Origin: Sedimentisphaerales bacterium
Lineage (GTDB): Bacteria; Planctomycetota; Phycisphaerae; Sedimentisphaerales; Anaerobacaceae
DNA length: 64,000 nucleotides
Reading direction: 5' to 3'
Assembly (NCBI GenBank): GCA_963708075.1
Contig: OY970194.1
Location: forward strand, 4,736,001 to 4,800,000
Positions 22,042-32,119 of the stretch are shown here, one piece after another. The notes under the pieces are model-generated. The model was given only the letters and a program-made list of their open reading frames with translations. It was not told the DNA's origin and did no database searches. Position 1 is the stretch's first letter. Every line of letters begins with the position of its first letter. The translations under genes and the position numbers were made by a program.

Positions 22042-23562
22042 TTACCTTCGCCCTCGATGGCCCTTGAAGGCTGCGTGAAGGATCGGCTCCTGTGCGAACT
22101 CCGCACGACCGAAACCGCCCGTGATCTCGCCCTTGCTCATCACGACAATGCGGTCGCACAGGCCCATGAGCTCCTCCAACTCCGAGGAGATCAGCAGGAT
22201 ACCGGCACCTTGTGCCGCCAGGCCGCTGATGATGCTGTACACTTCGTACTTGGCCCCGACGTCAATGCCGCGTGTCGGCTCATCCATGATGAAGATGGCC
22301 GGGCGAGACATGAGCCACTTGCCGATGACCACCTTTTGCTGGTTGCCGCCGCTGAGGTTCTTGGCGAGCGTGCGATTCACGGGGCCGCTCTTGATCCGCA
22401 TGGATTCGGCGATCCGCGTGACGGCGTCACTGAGCCGCCGATGCCATAGCAGGCGAGGGAACCACGCCGACGCAAAGTCCGCCAAGGCTACGAGCCCGAC
22501 GTTGTCCACGACGGTCGCCTCCATGAGCAGCCCTTCCTCCCGGCGATTCTCCGTCACGAAGGCCATGCCCCGGCGGATGCAGTCGCCGGCGCAGGTACGG
22601 CCACAGGGGACGCCGTCTACATATATCTCACCACCCTCAAATGGCTCGAGCCCGAAGAGCATGCGGGCCAGCTCGGTCCGGCCCGAGCCCATCAGGCCGA
22701 ACAAGCCCAGCACCTCCGCCTTGTGCAGAACCAGATCGATATCCTTGACAATGCCCGTCTGGGAGAGGCCCTTTACCTCCAGGACGATCTCCTGCGACGG
22801 TCTCGATTCGCGCGTGGGGAACATCTGATCGATGGCCCGGCCGACCATCCGCGAGATCATCCTGTCGATGGTGAAGTCCCGCCCCGGCCCCGTATTCACC
22901 ACCCGCCCGTCGCGCAGCACGACCACGTCATCGGCGAGTTCCAGTACGTTGCCAAGGTTGTGCGAGATGTAGATCATGGATTTGCCCTGCTCCCGCAGGC
23001 GCCGGATGATGTCGAAGAGCCGCTGTGTCTCGGCGGCCGTCAGGGAAGTCGTCGGCTCGTCGAAGATGATGATCTCGGCCCCGGTACGGAGGGCCTTGGC
23101 GATCTCGACCAACTGGCGTTCTCCCGGCGTCAGGCGGTCAACTAGAGTCTCCGGCGAAAGAGGCAAGTTCAGCGATTCCAGCAGTCTCGCCGTCTGCTTT
23201 CTCGTCGCCGCCTTGTCGATGAACGGCAATTTGCCCAGCCGGGGAAAACAGTCGATGAAGAGATTGTCTGCGATGCTGAGATTCGTGAAAAGGTTCAGCT
23301 CCTGGTGGATGAACGCGATGCCGGCTGCCGTCGCATCGGCCGGCCGGCGCGGGGTGTAGTCCGCCGCCCGGAGTTTCATCGTGCCGCTGTCCGGAGCAAG
23401 CACGCCTCCGAGGATGTTCATGAGCGTCGTTTTGCCCGCGCCGTTCTCACCAATAAGGCCCAGCAGATGACCCTTAGGTAACGCGAGACTCACATCCTCA
23501 AGCGCACGAATGCCGAAGAAGCTCTTGGAGATGCCGTCGAATTGGAGGGTGCTCTCGGGCAT
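22042..23562 (-). CDS. Sugar ABC transporter ATP-binding protein (RbsA-like)
   Basis: GENGAGKTT, DEPT, LSGGNQQKV, DEPTRGIDVGAK. Confidence 0.95.
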   Translation of the reverse strand: MPESTLQFDGISKSFFGIRALEDVSLALPKGHLLGLIGENGAGKTTLMNILGGVLAPDSGTMKLRAADYTPRRPADATAAGIAFIHQELNLFTNLSIADNLFIDCFPRLGKLPFIDKAATRKQTARLLESLNLPLSPETLVDRLTPGERQLVEIAKALRTGAEIIIFDEPTTSLTAAETQRLFDIIRRLREQGKSMIYISHNLGNVLELADDVVVLRDGRVVNTGPGRDFTIDRMISRMVGRAIDQMFPTRESRPSQEIVLEVKGLSQTGIVKDIDLVLHKAEVLGLFGLMGSGRTELARMLFGLEPFEGGEIYVDGVPCGRTCAGDCIRRGMAFVTENRREEGLLMEATVVDNVGLVALADFASAWFPRLLWHRRLSDAVTRIAESMRIKSGPVNRTLAKNLSGGNQQKVVIGKWLMSRPAIFIMDEPTRGIDVGAKYEVYSIISGLAAQGAGILLISSELEELMGLCDRIVVMSKGEITGGFGRAEFAQEPILHAAFKGHRGRR

Positions 23563-24650
23563 CAGGCGACGACCTCCCGCGCCAGCAGCCGCGTGCGAGT
23601 GACATCCAGCAGGGCCGCCAGCAGGATCACCGATCCCTTAATGACCGGCTCCGCATAGAACGGCAGTGCGAGCATGCTCAGCGCGTTAGAGAGCAGGACG
23701 AAGAACAGCACCCCGAACAGGGCCCAGAGCACCTTGCCTTTACCGCCGAAGAGACTGATGCCGCCGATGACGGCCGCCCCGATGACATCGAGCAGGAGGT
23801 TCTGCCCCAGCGTCGGCCGGCCGCCTTCCAGTCGGGCCGAGTACAGGATGGATGCGACCGCCGCACAGAAGCCGCTGAGTGCGTAGCCGACGACGATCAC
23901 CCGCTCCGTCGGCACGCCGGAGACAATGGAGGTCCGGACACTCTTGCCGACCGCGAAAAACCAGCGGCCGAGAACGGTATGCCGGAGCACGACATGCGCC
24001 GCAACCGCCAGAACAAGCACGACGAAGAACGACCAGGGGACCGGCCCGATTCCGCCCGAGCCGAGCCTCGTGTAGCCTTCCGGCAGGTACATGATGTTCT
24101 CGGATTTCGTCAGGTAGATCGCCAGTCCGCTGAAGAACATCATCGAGACCAGCGTCACCATGAAGGCCGGCATGCGGAACTTCGCCACGGCCAGGCCGTT
24201 CAGCGAGCCCACGAGTGTCCCGACGACAAGCATCGCTGCGATGCCCACCGGGACAGCGAATGCCGTACCGCTGATCGGGCTTCCATCGGCGGACAGCAGC
24301 AGGCCCCAGAGAGGACTCTTTGCGAACAGAGCCGGATCGAGCCTTGTCGTCATGAGCATCCCGCCGATGACGCTGGTCAGCGCCATGATCGACGTCTGCG
24401 ACAGGTCGATGCCTCCAAGGATCAGGACAAACATCTGGCCAAGCACCAGGGCCAGCAGCGGCCACATGTTCGAAGAGATATTCGCCAGGTTGCGCTCGCC
24501 GGCGATGTACGGCATGAACAGGTACAGCCCGGCGAAAAAAACGATGCTCAGGTACAGAACGAAGTTCTCGGAAAGCAGGATGCGCCGGGCAACACCAAGG
24601 GCTTTGCCCCGCCCGAAAGCCAAGACCAAATGGGCCCGTGTAGCAGCCAT
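23562..24650 (-). CDS. Sugar ABC transporter permease
   Basis: GGIDLS, IGAAVIGGISLFGGKG; multiple TM helices. Confidence 0.92.
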   Translation of the reverse strand: MAATRAHLVLAFGRGKALGVARRILLSENFVLYLSIVFFAGLYLFMPYIAGERNLANISSNMWPLLALVLGQMFVLILGGIDLSQTSIMALTSVIGGMLMTTRLDPALFAKSPLWGLLLSADGSPISGTAFAVPVGIAAMLVVGTLVGSLNGLAVAKFRMPAFMVTLVSMMFFSGLAIYLTKSENIMYLPEGYTRLGSGGIGPVPWSFFVVLVLAVAAHVVLRHTVLGRWFFAVGKSVRTSIVSGVPTERVIVVGYALSGFCAAVASILYSARLEGGRPTLGQNLLLDVIGAAVIGGISLFGGKGKVLWALFGVLFFVLLSNALSMLALPFYAEPVIKGSVILLAALLDVTRTRLLAREVVA

Positions 24651-25676
24651 TTATTGAGCGTCCGCCGGCTCTTGCTCGGCCAGCAACTTGAAGCCCCACA
24701 TGTCGTTCGCCCGCTCGGCCATGTTCGCCTGGGTCAGTGCGAACCCCGGGTCCTCCATCCATTGCTCGGGCGTCTTCCGGCCACTCTTCATCGCTTCGAG
24801 CAGGGCCTTGAGCAGCTCGTCGGCCTCGACGAACAGGTCCTGCACGCCGGTGGCGTCCACGTAGCCCTCCTTCATCCAGCGGGCGGCGCGCATGTCTCCG
24901 TCCACGCCGCCGAGGATCACGTGTCCCGGCTCGCCGATCTTCTTCCACTTGCCCAGAGGCTCCAGCACGGCTCGCACCTGGGGATACATGAAATCGGACG
25001 AGGTAAAAACGAGATCGACGTCGGGATTCCTTTGCAGCGCGGCCTCCAGGTTTGCCTGGGCTGTCACGGCATCCCACTTGGTGGGCACCTCGATCACCTC
25101 GTTGAACAAGTCGGGGTTCTTCCGGATGACATTCATGAACCCTTGTCGCCGGGCAACGGCGTTGCTGTCGCCGAGATCGCCGACGAGAATGAGGGGAGTG
25201 ACCTTGCGGCCGAGCTTCCTGGCCTCTTCGGCCATGTGAGCCACGGTCTCTTCCGAGATCCGCCGGTTGTCTGCCACGATGACGAGAGCAGGTTTGCTGC
25301 GGTTGGCCGGCGGCCGGTTGAACACACCGATGGGCACGCCCGCCTTGTTCGCCTCGCCCACAATCGTCACGGCACTCTCCCCGTCCTGGGGGATGATGAT
25401 GATGCCATCCACGCCGCGGGCGATGGCCGCTCGGATCTGCTCGAGCTGCCGGTTCGCATCCTCATTGGCGTTGCGCTCGATGACCAGAATGCCCTTGCTC
25501 TTGAGCGTCTCGGTGATGGCCTTGTGGGCCGCTACCCAGAACTCCGTCTCCAGATCCTGAAACGCGAAACAGACGGTGACCTGATCGTCGCTATCACCGC
25601 GGCGAGAGCACGACAGACCACCAAGAACAAGAGCCGTCGTGACAAGCAGTGTGCAGATCCATTTCATAGCGTTCAT
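24651..25676 (-). CDS. Sugar ABC transporter substrate-binding lipoprotein
   Basis: GLSC lipobox; RbsB-like VDGIIIIP, AGVPIGVFNR and GVDG motifs. Confidence 0.9.
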   Translation of the reverse strand: MNAMKWICTLLVTTALVLGGLSCSRRGDSDDQVTVCFAFQDLETEFWVAAHKAITETLKSKGILVIERNANEDANRQLEQIRAAIARGVDGIIIIPQDGESAVTIVGEANKAGVPIGVFNRPPANRSKPALVIVADNRRISEETVAHMAEEARKLGRKVTPLILVGDLGDSNAVARRQGFMNVIRKNPDLFNEVIEVPTKWDAVTAQANLEAALQRNPDVDLVFTSSDFMYPQVRAVLEPLGKWKKIGEPGHVILGGVDGDMRAARWMKEGYVDATGVQDLFVEADELLKALLEAMKSGRKTPEQWMEDPGFALTQANMAERANDMWGFKLLAEQEPADAQ

Positions 25677-25706
25677 AGGGACCCTTTCGAGGCTCCGGGG
25701 CGATAC

Positions 25707-25849
25707 GTTACACTTGTTCACTGCTGAACGTATGAACACCTTAGGGCTTTCGTCACTCGCTGTCAAACACAAACCGCGTTTTCAGGCTTGACAAGCGTCA
25801 TCCGCCCAGTGACAATGCGAAAAAATGAACACTCGTGAACACATGTTCA
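25707..25849. promoter_or_regulatory. Back-to-back sigma70 promoters with TGAACA-N2-TGTTCA operator-like sites
   Basis: Plus strand TTGACA (25788)-17-GACAAT. Minus strand TTGACA (25766)-17-TAAGGT. Perfect palindrome TGAACACATGTTCA at 25836-25849, with variants at 25707-25720 and 25725-25738. Confidence 0.65.
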
Positions 25850-26823
25850 GGCCTGCTATGGCAAACGATCCCGAATTCAAGCGGCTGCTCTTCAAGATCG
25901 CCAAGGCGTACTATGACGACGGCTTGACACAGCAGCAGATCAGTGAGAGGCTCGGCCTGTCCCGGGTCAGGGTCTCACGGCTGCTCCGGGCTGCACGCGA
26001 CGAGCGGATCGTGCAAATCACGATTGTCCCCTTGCAGGAGTCGAATACCGAGGTCGAGAGGCGGCTCGAAGAGAGCTACGGCTTGAAGGAAGCCCTCGTC
26101 GTGACGTGCTCCGGCCATGATACAACGACCGTCATCAACCAGTTGGGTCCTGTTGCGGCCGCCTGCCTGACCCGCTGTCTGCAAGGCAGTGAGGTTGTAG
26201 CCCTGAGCTGGGGAACTGCCGTACTGTCCGTCGTCAATGCCCTGCCGCCCATGGACTTGCCCAGCGTGCGGGTCGTCCAGTTCCTCGGCGGCCTGGGGGA
26301 GTTGGAGGCGGAGACGCATGGGGCCGAGCTGGCCCGGCGGATGGCCCAGGCCCTTGGCGCGAAGCCCCGGCTGATTCACGCACCGGGCATTGTGAAAGAC
26401 AGGATCGTCCGGGATGCTCTTGTGACGGACCCGCAGGTGGCCGATACGCTGGAGCTGGCCGGGCGAGCCGATGTGGCGCTCGTGGGTATCGGCGTCTTCG
26501 AGCCGGGCTCCACGCTCCTGACCGGCAGCACGCTGACTCAGGAGGAAGTCAGCGATCTGAAGGCCCACGGTGTCGCGGGCGACATCGCTCTCCAATTCTT
26601 TGATGGCCACGGCAACAGAGTGGATCACCCCATCAACAACCGAATCGTCGGAACAGACATCGAGAAAATCAAAGCCATTCCGCGCGTCATCGGCGTCGCC
26701 GGCGGGCCGGAGAAACTGACGGCCATTCAGGCGGCTCTGCACGGTGGCTTGATCAACGTGCTTGTGACCGACGACCAGACCGCCGCACGGCTTCTCGATC
26801 AGGCCATCCTATCCGTACGCTGA
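25825..26823 (+). CDS. SorC/DeoR(Bacillus)-family sugar-binding transcriptional regulator
   Basis: AKAYYDDGLTQQQISERLGLSRVRVSRLL HTH; SWGT, ALVGIG, LVTD sugar-binding domain. The start may be 25858. Confidence 0.92.
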   Translation: MNTREHMFRPAMANDPEFKRLLFKIAKAYYDDGLTQQQISERLGLSRVRVSRLLRAARDERIVQITIVPLQESNTEVERRLEESYGLKEALVVTCSGHDTTTVINQLGPVAAACLTRCLQGSEVVALSWGTAVLSVVNALPPMDLPSVRVVQFLGGLGELEAETHGAELARRMAQALGAKPRLIHAPGIVKDRIVRDALVTDPQVADTLELAGRADVALVGIGVFEPGSTLLTGSTLTQEEVSDLKAHGVAGDIALQFFDGHGNRVDHPINNRIVGTDIEKIKAIPRVIGVAGGPEKLTAIQAALHGGLINVLVTDDQTAARLLDQAILSVR

Positions 26824-26958
26824 CCGTGGATCGTCATCCGCGTTACCCCCATCCGCGATTTCCCAACTCCTTAGAACCGGCCTTCCATCCCTGCGTACCA
26901 ACAATCAAGCACCAGCTATCCGTGTTCGGAACATGGCTGGCGAGCAAAGGAGACGATT

Positions 26959-27420
26959 ATGGCAAAGCTGAATGTTGGCGACAGGGCGCCCGATTTCTCC
27001 CTGCAGGACCAGAACCACCAGACAGTCTCACTGTCTGATTTCGAGGGCCGGAAACTGCTGCTGTACTTCTATCCGAAGGCGGAAACCCCGGGCTGTACGC
27101 GACAGGCGATCAGCATCCGCGATGCGGCGGAAGAGCTGAGCAGCGCCGGCGTGGCCTTCATCGGCATCAGTCCGGATACCCCGGAAGAACAGAAAGCCTT
27201 CGACGAGAAACACAACCTGGGCTTCCCGCTGCTGTCCGACCCTGACCACGAGGTCGCGGAAGCGTATGGGGCCTGGGGCACGAAATCCGTTCAGGGCCAA
27301 ATGAAGGAAGGGATCATCCGCTCGTCCTTCCTGATCGACGAGCACGGCACGATTCTTCAGGCCACTTATAACGTCAAGCCTGAGGAGACCGTGCCCAAGG
27401 CGCAGGAAGTCCTCGCCTGA
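26959..27420 (+). CDS. bcp: Peroxiredoxin BCP/PrxQ
   Basis: YFYPKAETPGCT, FPLLSD, RSSFLID. Confidence 0.92.
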   Translation: MAKLNVGDRAPDFSLQDQNHQTVSLSDFEGRKLLLYFYPKAETPGCTRQAISIRDAAEELSSAGVAFIGISPDTPEEQKAFDEKHNLGFPLLSDPDHEVAEAYGAWGTKSVQGQMKEGIIRSSFLIDEHGTILQATYNVKPEETVPKAQEVLA

Positions 27421-27449
27421 AGCATGAGGCGGCCGTTCAAATCAGGAAC

Positions 27450-29786
27450 TCAACGAGAAGAGCCACCAGTAGCGGAGGTGTTCTCCCAGAACTCGACGGG
27501 CTGGTAGGGGCCGCTCCAGTTGGCGCCGACGAGGTCCAGGTCGCCGTCGGAGCCAATGTCACCGGCACGGATGGAGTGCGAGCCTTTCGTGGCGAGGACC
27601 TGCTTTTGCCAATGGGCCCCCGCCTGTCGGTTGATGAAGATAACAACCTCATCGGGGTCCTGACCCTGGTGCATCTCGGATATTGCCACATCCACGGCCC
27701 CATCGCCGTTGAAATCCCCCGTCGCCAAGCCATGAATGACGCACTCAATCGGATCGGCGATGACATGCTCGGTCCAATCTCTCTGCTGGGGGGCAGCCGG
27801 GGCTTCAAACCAGGAAAGCCGATACGAGTTGCCCGCTAATTCAGACGGGGACAAGACCGCATCCGGCCGGCCATCGCCATTGATGTCCGCCACCTGCACA
27901 GTCGCGCTCGGGTGCCAGTCGCAGAACTTGTGCGGCTGCCACGCGCTGTCCAGGATGCTCCCGGGGTTCTCAAACCAGAGGCCCCCAATGACCACGTCCT
28001 GATCACCGTCGCGGTCGATATCGCCCAGAGCCAGTCCCTCGCCGTGTGGGCACTCGATGATCCTGTGCGCCCACGTGTCGCCCTTATCCTGGCGCCATAA
28101 GTACACCTTGTCGCCCGCCTTCGCGCCGAAATCCGACTGGTCGCGCGTGACGATGTCCGGGTCGCCATCCTTATCCAGGTCGGCCAGTTCCAGATCATGC
28201 GTGCCGTGGTCGGCCACACGATGCGCCTTCCAAGGTCCTTTGGCGGGGTCCGTTTGCGGACGCGGATTTTCGTACCAGATCAGGCCGCCCATGACAATGT
28301 CGAGATCGCCGTCGCCGGCCATGTCGCCGGCCTCGCCGTCCACAGTCTTGTAGCCGCCCTCCGCAATGACGGCTTTCGTCCAGTTCGGATAGCGGTACCA
28401 AACCAGCGGCCCCGCCTGGCCTCCAATGACAATATCCAGGAATCCGTCGCCGTCGATGTCTGCAACGATCTTTGCCCAAGGGTCCTTCACGCTGTCATCG
28501 ATCATCGCATGTCTGAATGGCACGTTGCCGGCGTACTGGATCAGGACCATGATCCCGGGCCAGTTCACTTCCATCCCGTGCACCATCTGCCCGTCGATCA
28601 ACGGCGTTTTGCCCGTCGTCAAGGTGTTCACGCCGGGCTTGAATGCGGCCATCTGATGAATGGGCATGCGGTGAAAGTAGTACTGGTACTTGGGCCCCTC
28701 GGAGTCAAACGCATTCGTGCCGTTGATCGATATCCCGCGCATGTAGCCGGGACTCCAGCTCGACCAGACGAGCTGCGCGGCGACCGCCCTGCTCAGATCG
28801 CCGGCCACATTGAAATGCTCCTCATGCTCGCCACTTCGCGTGACCCACTTCCTGGGAATGTCGTAGGGTTTGCACAACTCGACCGAGAGGCCCGCACGAT
28901 GCAAAGTCAGGTCCGTTACGGCCGGTGTGACGCAGGTCATCCCCGTGCTGTCGGTGATGCGAGCAGCAATCGCCATCGGCTCTCTTTGATCGGGTACCCA
29001 TGATGTGTCCCACATCACGCGATAGGGAGACTCGGTAGCCGTGCCGATGTGATTCATGATCCTGCCGTGGAAGAAGTGATAATGCCACTGCGTGTACAGT
29101 CCATCGCCCTCGTAGTTGACGTCCTCGTACCGGCCGATGCAGTCCACTTGCCTGATAGCTCCGGCAGGACTGGATGCCTCGACCTCCAGCCGGACGCTCC
29201 GTCCGAGCTTTGCCCCGGGCGAGAGTGATGTGATCTTGCCCGCAGGGTGCGGCTTCTTCGCAGGATCGTAGTAGATGCGGAAATGCACGCCGTAGATGAG
29301 GTTCTGCGGCCATTTCCACGGGTGCTCCGGGTCCACGCGGAGCCGGAACTGGTTGCCCTTGCCGCTCTTCAGATAGGTGAGCGGAACCGGCACGATGGGA
29401 TAGATGTGGTGCTGGTACTCCCATTGTGGCGACGGGATCGCCTCGGCCTCAGGGATCTTGATCCAGGGATTTCCATTGATCTCAATCGCCAAGCCCTTCG
29501 TGGAGTCGTGGCAGAGGATCTTCTCGACGACTACTTCCGCGGCCGTAGCATGCTCCAAGTCGAAATCGTGGCCGAGAATCACGGGGCTGTTGATGTAATC
29601 CTGCGCCCAGCCTCTATCCGAGTCCTTCTGGCCGTGCTTGCCTCCGACGCGAATCGACCCGCCCGCGTCGCCCTTTTCGTTCCACCACATGTACTCGCGA
29701 AATACATCCCCCGGGACCGGCTCAGCGAAGCTCACTCCCGCAAGATGGATCAGGATTGACACCACCGCCGCAGCCGTCTTTCTCAT
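27450..29786 (-). CDS. Secreted protein with C-terminal FG-GAP/VCBS repeats
   Basis: Signal peptide MRKTAAAVVSILIHLAGVSFA; repeated DxDGDGxxDxV motifs; ATGA overlap with the HAD stop. Confidence 0.85.
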   Translation of the reverse strand: MRKTAAAVVSILIHLAGVSFAEPVPGDVFREYMWWNEKGDAGGSIRVGGKHGQKDSDRGWAQDYINSPVILGHDFDLEHATAAEVVVEKILCHDSTKGLAIEINGNPWIKIPEAEAIPSPQWEYQHHIYPIVPVPLTYLKSGKGNQFRLRVDPEHPWKWPQNLIYGVHFRIYYDPAKKPHPAGKITSLSPGAKLGRSVRLEVEASSPAGAIRQVDCIGRYEDVNYEGDGLYTQWHYHFFHGRIMNHIGTATESPYRVMWDTSWVPDQREPMAIAARITDSTGMTCVTPAVTDLTLHRAGLSVELCKPYDIPRKWVTRSGEHEEHFNVAGDLSRAVAAQLVWSSWSPGYMRGISINGTNAFDSEGPKYQYYFHRMPIHQMAAFKPGVNTLTTGKTPLIDGQMVHGMEVNWPGIMVLIQYAGNVPFRHAMIDDSVKDPWAKIVADIDGDGFLDIVIGGQAGPLVWYRYPNWTKAVIAEGGYKTVDGEAGDMAGDGDLDIVMGGLIWYENPRPQTDPAKGPWKAHRVADHGTHDLELADLDKDGDPDIVTRDQSDFGAKAGDKVYLWRQDKGDTWAHRIIECPHGEGLALGDIDRDGDQDVVIGGLWFENPGSILDSAWQPHKFCDWHPSATVQVADINGDGRPDAVLSPSELAGNSYRLSWFEAPAAPQQRDWTEHVIADPIECVIHGLATGDFNGDGAVDVAISEMHQGQDPDEVVIFINRQAGAHWQKQVLATKGSHSIRAGDIGSDGDLDLVGANWSGPYQPVEFWENTSATGGSSR

Positions 29787-30527
29787 GGGTGTCTGCCGCC
29801 TCCTTTTTCCACGATGCGCCGGATCGTCGCCAGGTCCACCTGCACATTCGGCGGGTCGCCAAGCTCCGAAACCACCAGATCGGCCTCCGTGAAATCCTCG
29901 TCCTCCGTGTACACGTTCGTCGTCACGATGCAATACACACCCGCGCCCTTGGCCGCAAGCAACCCATTGCGGTTGTCCTCCACGACGACGCATTCGGCGG
30001 GTTCTCAGTTGCAGCCGGTCCAGGACAAGAGTGTATATCTCCGGATCGGGCTTTTTCTTTGAGACGACATCGCCCGCGAGAATCACGTCGAACTCCGCCT
30101 TGCGTTGTGGGCCGAGCAGTTTTTCAACGACGGCGTTCACCGACCGCTCGTTGGAGGTCGAGCAGACGGCGAGTCTGACGCCCGCGGCGATGGCCTCGTC
30201 CACGAGCCGGGCGACTCCGGGACGCAGGGGCAACTGGCCCGACTCGATAATCTGCATGTAAAAGACGGTCTTACGTTCGTGAAGCTCTTTGATCAGAGCG
30301 TCCCTGTCGCCGGTCACGCATGGCCAGGAAGTCCGCTCGAAGAAGTGCCTCATCCGCTCCTTGCCGCCGCCGATCTTGAGAAGCTCCTTGTACAGGGCCA
30401 CGTCCCACTCGAAGCCGTAGCCCTTCTCCGCAAATGCCTGATTGAACGCAATACGATGCCCGTCGCGCTCCGTCTCCGCGAGCACCCCGTCACAATCGAA
30501 AATCAGCGCCTTCAACCTGTCGGCCAT
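29783..30527 (-). CDS. CbbY-like HAD-IA phosphatase (apparent frameshift near 30003)
   Basis: FDCDGVLAETERDGHR, IGGGKERM, KKPDPEIY, then VVEDNRNGLLAA in the shifted frame. Confidence 0.85.
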
Positions 30528-30555
30528 ACAGTACGACTCTCAGGGCGTACAGGAT

Positions 30556-30846
30556 CTATCGATCCTTCCAGTAGTCAGGATGACGAGCCAAATGCATAAT
30601 GGCGACGACGATGATGTGGTCATCGAGAAGCCTGAATAGAACGCCAAACGGGAATACTTTGGTCAGACAGCGCCTGACGTCAAGATCTACAACAGGATAG
30701 AGACGAGGGTTAATAGTGATGCTGTTGATGGCGTCCTGAACGGAGGCAAGGAATCTCTTGCCGAGATTCTCCTGTTGACTCTCATAGTACGCCGCCGCCG
30801 CAACCATCTCCGCCTCGGCCAGGGGATGAAATCTGACCTTTGTCAT
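30556..30846 (-). CDS. RelE/ParE-family type II toxin
   Basis: FHPLAEAEM..A..YY...LG..F, RRC..FPF, VAIMHLARHPDYW. Confidence 0.88.
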   Translation of the reverse strand: MTKVRFHPLAEAEMVAAAAYYESQQENLGKRFLASVQDAINSITINPRLYPVVDLDVRRCLTKVFPFGVLFRLLDDHIIVVAIMHLARHPDYWKDR

Positions 30847-31073
30847 GTCAGTTTCGAATAAGCTCTGGCGAAGACCTCATCCGCTTCCGCCAAATGAACC
30901 GTCCCTTCATCAATTTCCCGGCACCTTCTGCGAATCTCCTCTTTCCACTCCGGCGACAATTCACGAGCACCATTGACGTCAAGGCTCTCCAGGAGCTTGG
31001 CGGCAATAAACGCCCTCAAAGGAGAAGGAAGGTCCAGTGCTTCGGCAATGATCTTGTCGATTCTCGTAGTCAT
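30843..31073 (-). CDS. Putative addiction-module antitoxin (TIGR02574-like)
   Basis: ALDLP..LRA..A.KLLESL..WKEEIRRR...ID.G; overlaps the toxin start. Confidence 0.85.
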   Translation of the reverse strand: MTTRIDKIIAEALDLPSPLRAFIAAKLLESLDVNGARELSPEWKEEIRRRCREIDEGTVHLAEADEVFARAYSKLT

Positions 31074-31079
31074 AGTTGT

Positions 31080-31108
31080 AGTATAGCGGAACGAGCATGT
31101 AAGGTCAA
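31080..31108 (-). promoter_or_regulatory. sigma70 promoter giving a leaderless TA transcript
   Basis: TTGACC-17-TATACT, followed 6 nt later by the antitoxin ATG; no SD sequence. Confidence 0.7.
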
Positions 31109-31148
31109 CTCTCCGCTCCATGGCATGGGCACTTCGTTCCGTCGGCTT

Positions 31149-32003
31149 TCACGCTTTCCCTGCGCCGCCGAATAGTTGGATGTTGGCGGCGATGCCCTTC
31201 TTCATCTCATCGAACTGGGCTTTGATGACTTTGAGGGGATCGTACTGGGTGTTGTGCGCGTTGTGGTAAGCGATGAAGCCGTCGATGAAGGCGTACTTGA
31301 TCTGGGTGGAGATGTTGACCTTCGCGCAGCCCAAGGCGATGCACCTTCTGAAGACCTCATCGGACAAGCCCGTGCCACCGTGCAGGGCGATGGGCACGCG
31401 CGTGCTCACAGCCACCTTCTCAAGGATATGGTAGGCGATCTTCGGCTCGCCCTTGTAGATGCCGTGCGCGGTGCCGATGGCGGGGGCGAAGCAGTCCGGC
31501 CGGACCTTCGCACAAAACTCGGTCGCCTGCGCGGGATCGGCCAGGTGCGAATCCTGCTCCTTGACGTGGATATCGTCCTCGACGCCGACGATCGCGCCGA
31601 GTTCCGCCTCGACGGTGACATCCCTCGGCCGAGCCATCTCCACGACCTGTCGGCTCAGAGAAAGGTTCTCCTCGAATGGCCTGGCCGAGGCGTCGATCAT
31701 GACGGAGGTCCAGCCGGCCTCGATGCACTCTTTGATGAGGGCCAGGTCCTTGCAGTGGTCCAGATGCACGGCAACCGGCACACTTGTGCTCCCGGCCAAC
31801 TCTCGCATCCAGCCCATCAACGTCCGGCTGCCCCAGAATGTGACCGTCTTGGCCGACGTCTGAATGATAACCGGGGCCTGCAGCTCTTCTGCGGCCTGCA
31901 CCACTGCCCTGGCGGAGTTGTAGTCGAGGACGTTGAACGCTCCCACGGCGTACTTTCCCGCCGCGGCCTTCGACAGAATCGCTTTCATATTTTCAAGCGG
32001 CAT
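31149..32003 (-). CDS. fba: Class II fructose/tagatose-bisphosphate aldolase
   Basis: VHLDH, SVMIDAS, VEAELG, AIGTAHG, ALHGGTG, KVNIST. Confidence 0.92.
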   Translation of the reverse strand: MPLENMKAILSKAAAGKYAVGAFNVLDYNSARAVVQAAEELQAPVIIQTSAKTVTFWGSRTLMGWMRELAGSTSVPVAVHLDHCKDLALIKECIEAGWTSVMIDASARPFEENLSLSRQVVEMARPRDVTVEAELGAIVGVEDDIHVKEQDSHLADPAQATEFCAKVRPDCFAPAIGTAHGIYKGEPKIAYHILEKVAVSTRVPIALHGGTGLSDEVFRRCIALGCAKVNISTQIKYAFIDGFIAYHNAHNTQYDPLKVIKAQFDEMKKGIAANIQLFGGAGKA

Positions 32004-32119
32004 ACATTGCCTTTCCAGTTCGACCATGAGCCTGTTGCACCAAGATAGCCTGTCGGGTCGAGCCTCGCAATGCATTCTCCAGCGGAACCGATCCAGCCAG
32101 CCATAGCACATGTGGGAAG

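Noticed and set aside
27450..30527. 1025-aa HAD + FG-GAP 'fusion' ORF in the track
   Set aside because: It is produced by a 1-nt frameshift near 30003. The true HAD C-terminus is in another frame and ends with an ATGA overlap at the signal-peptide start (29786).
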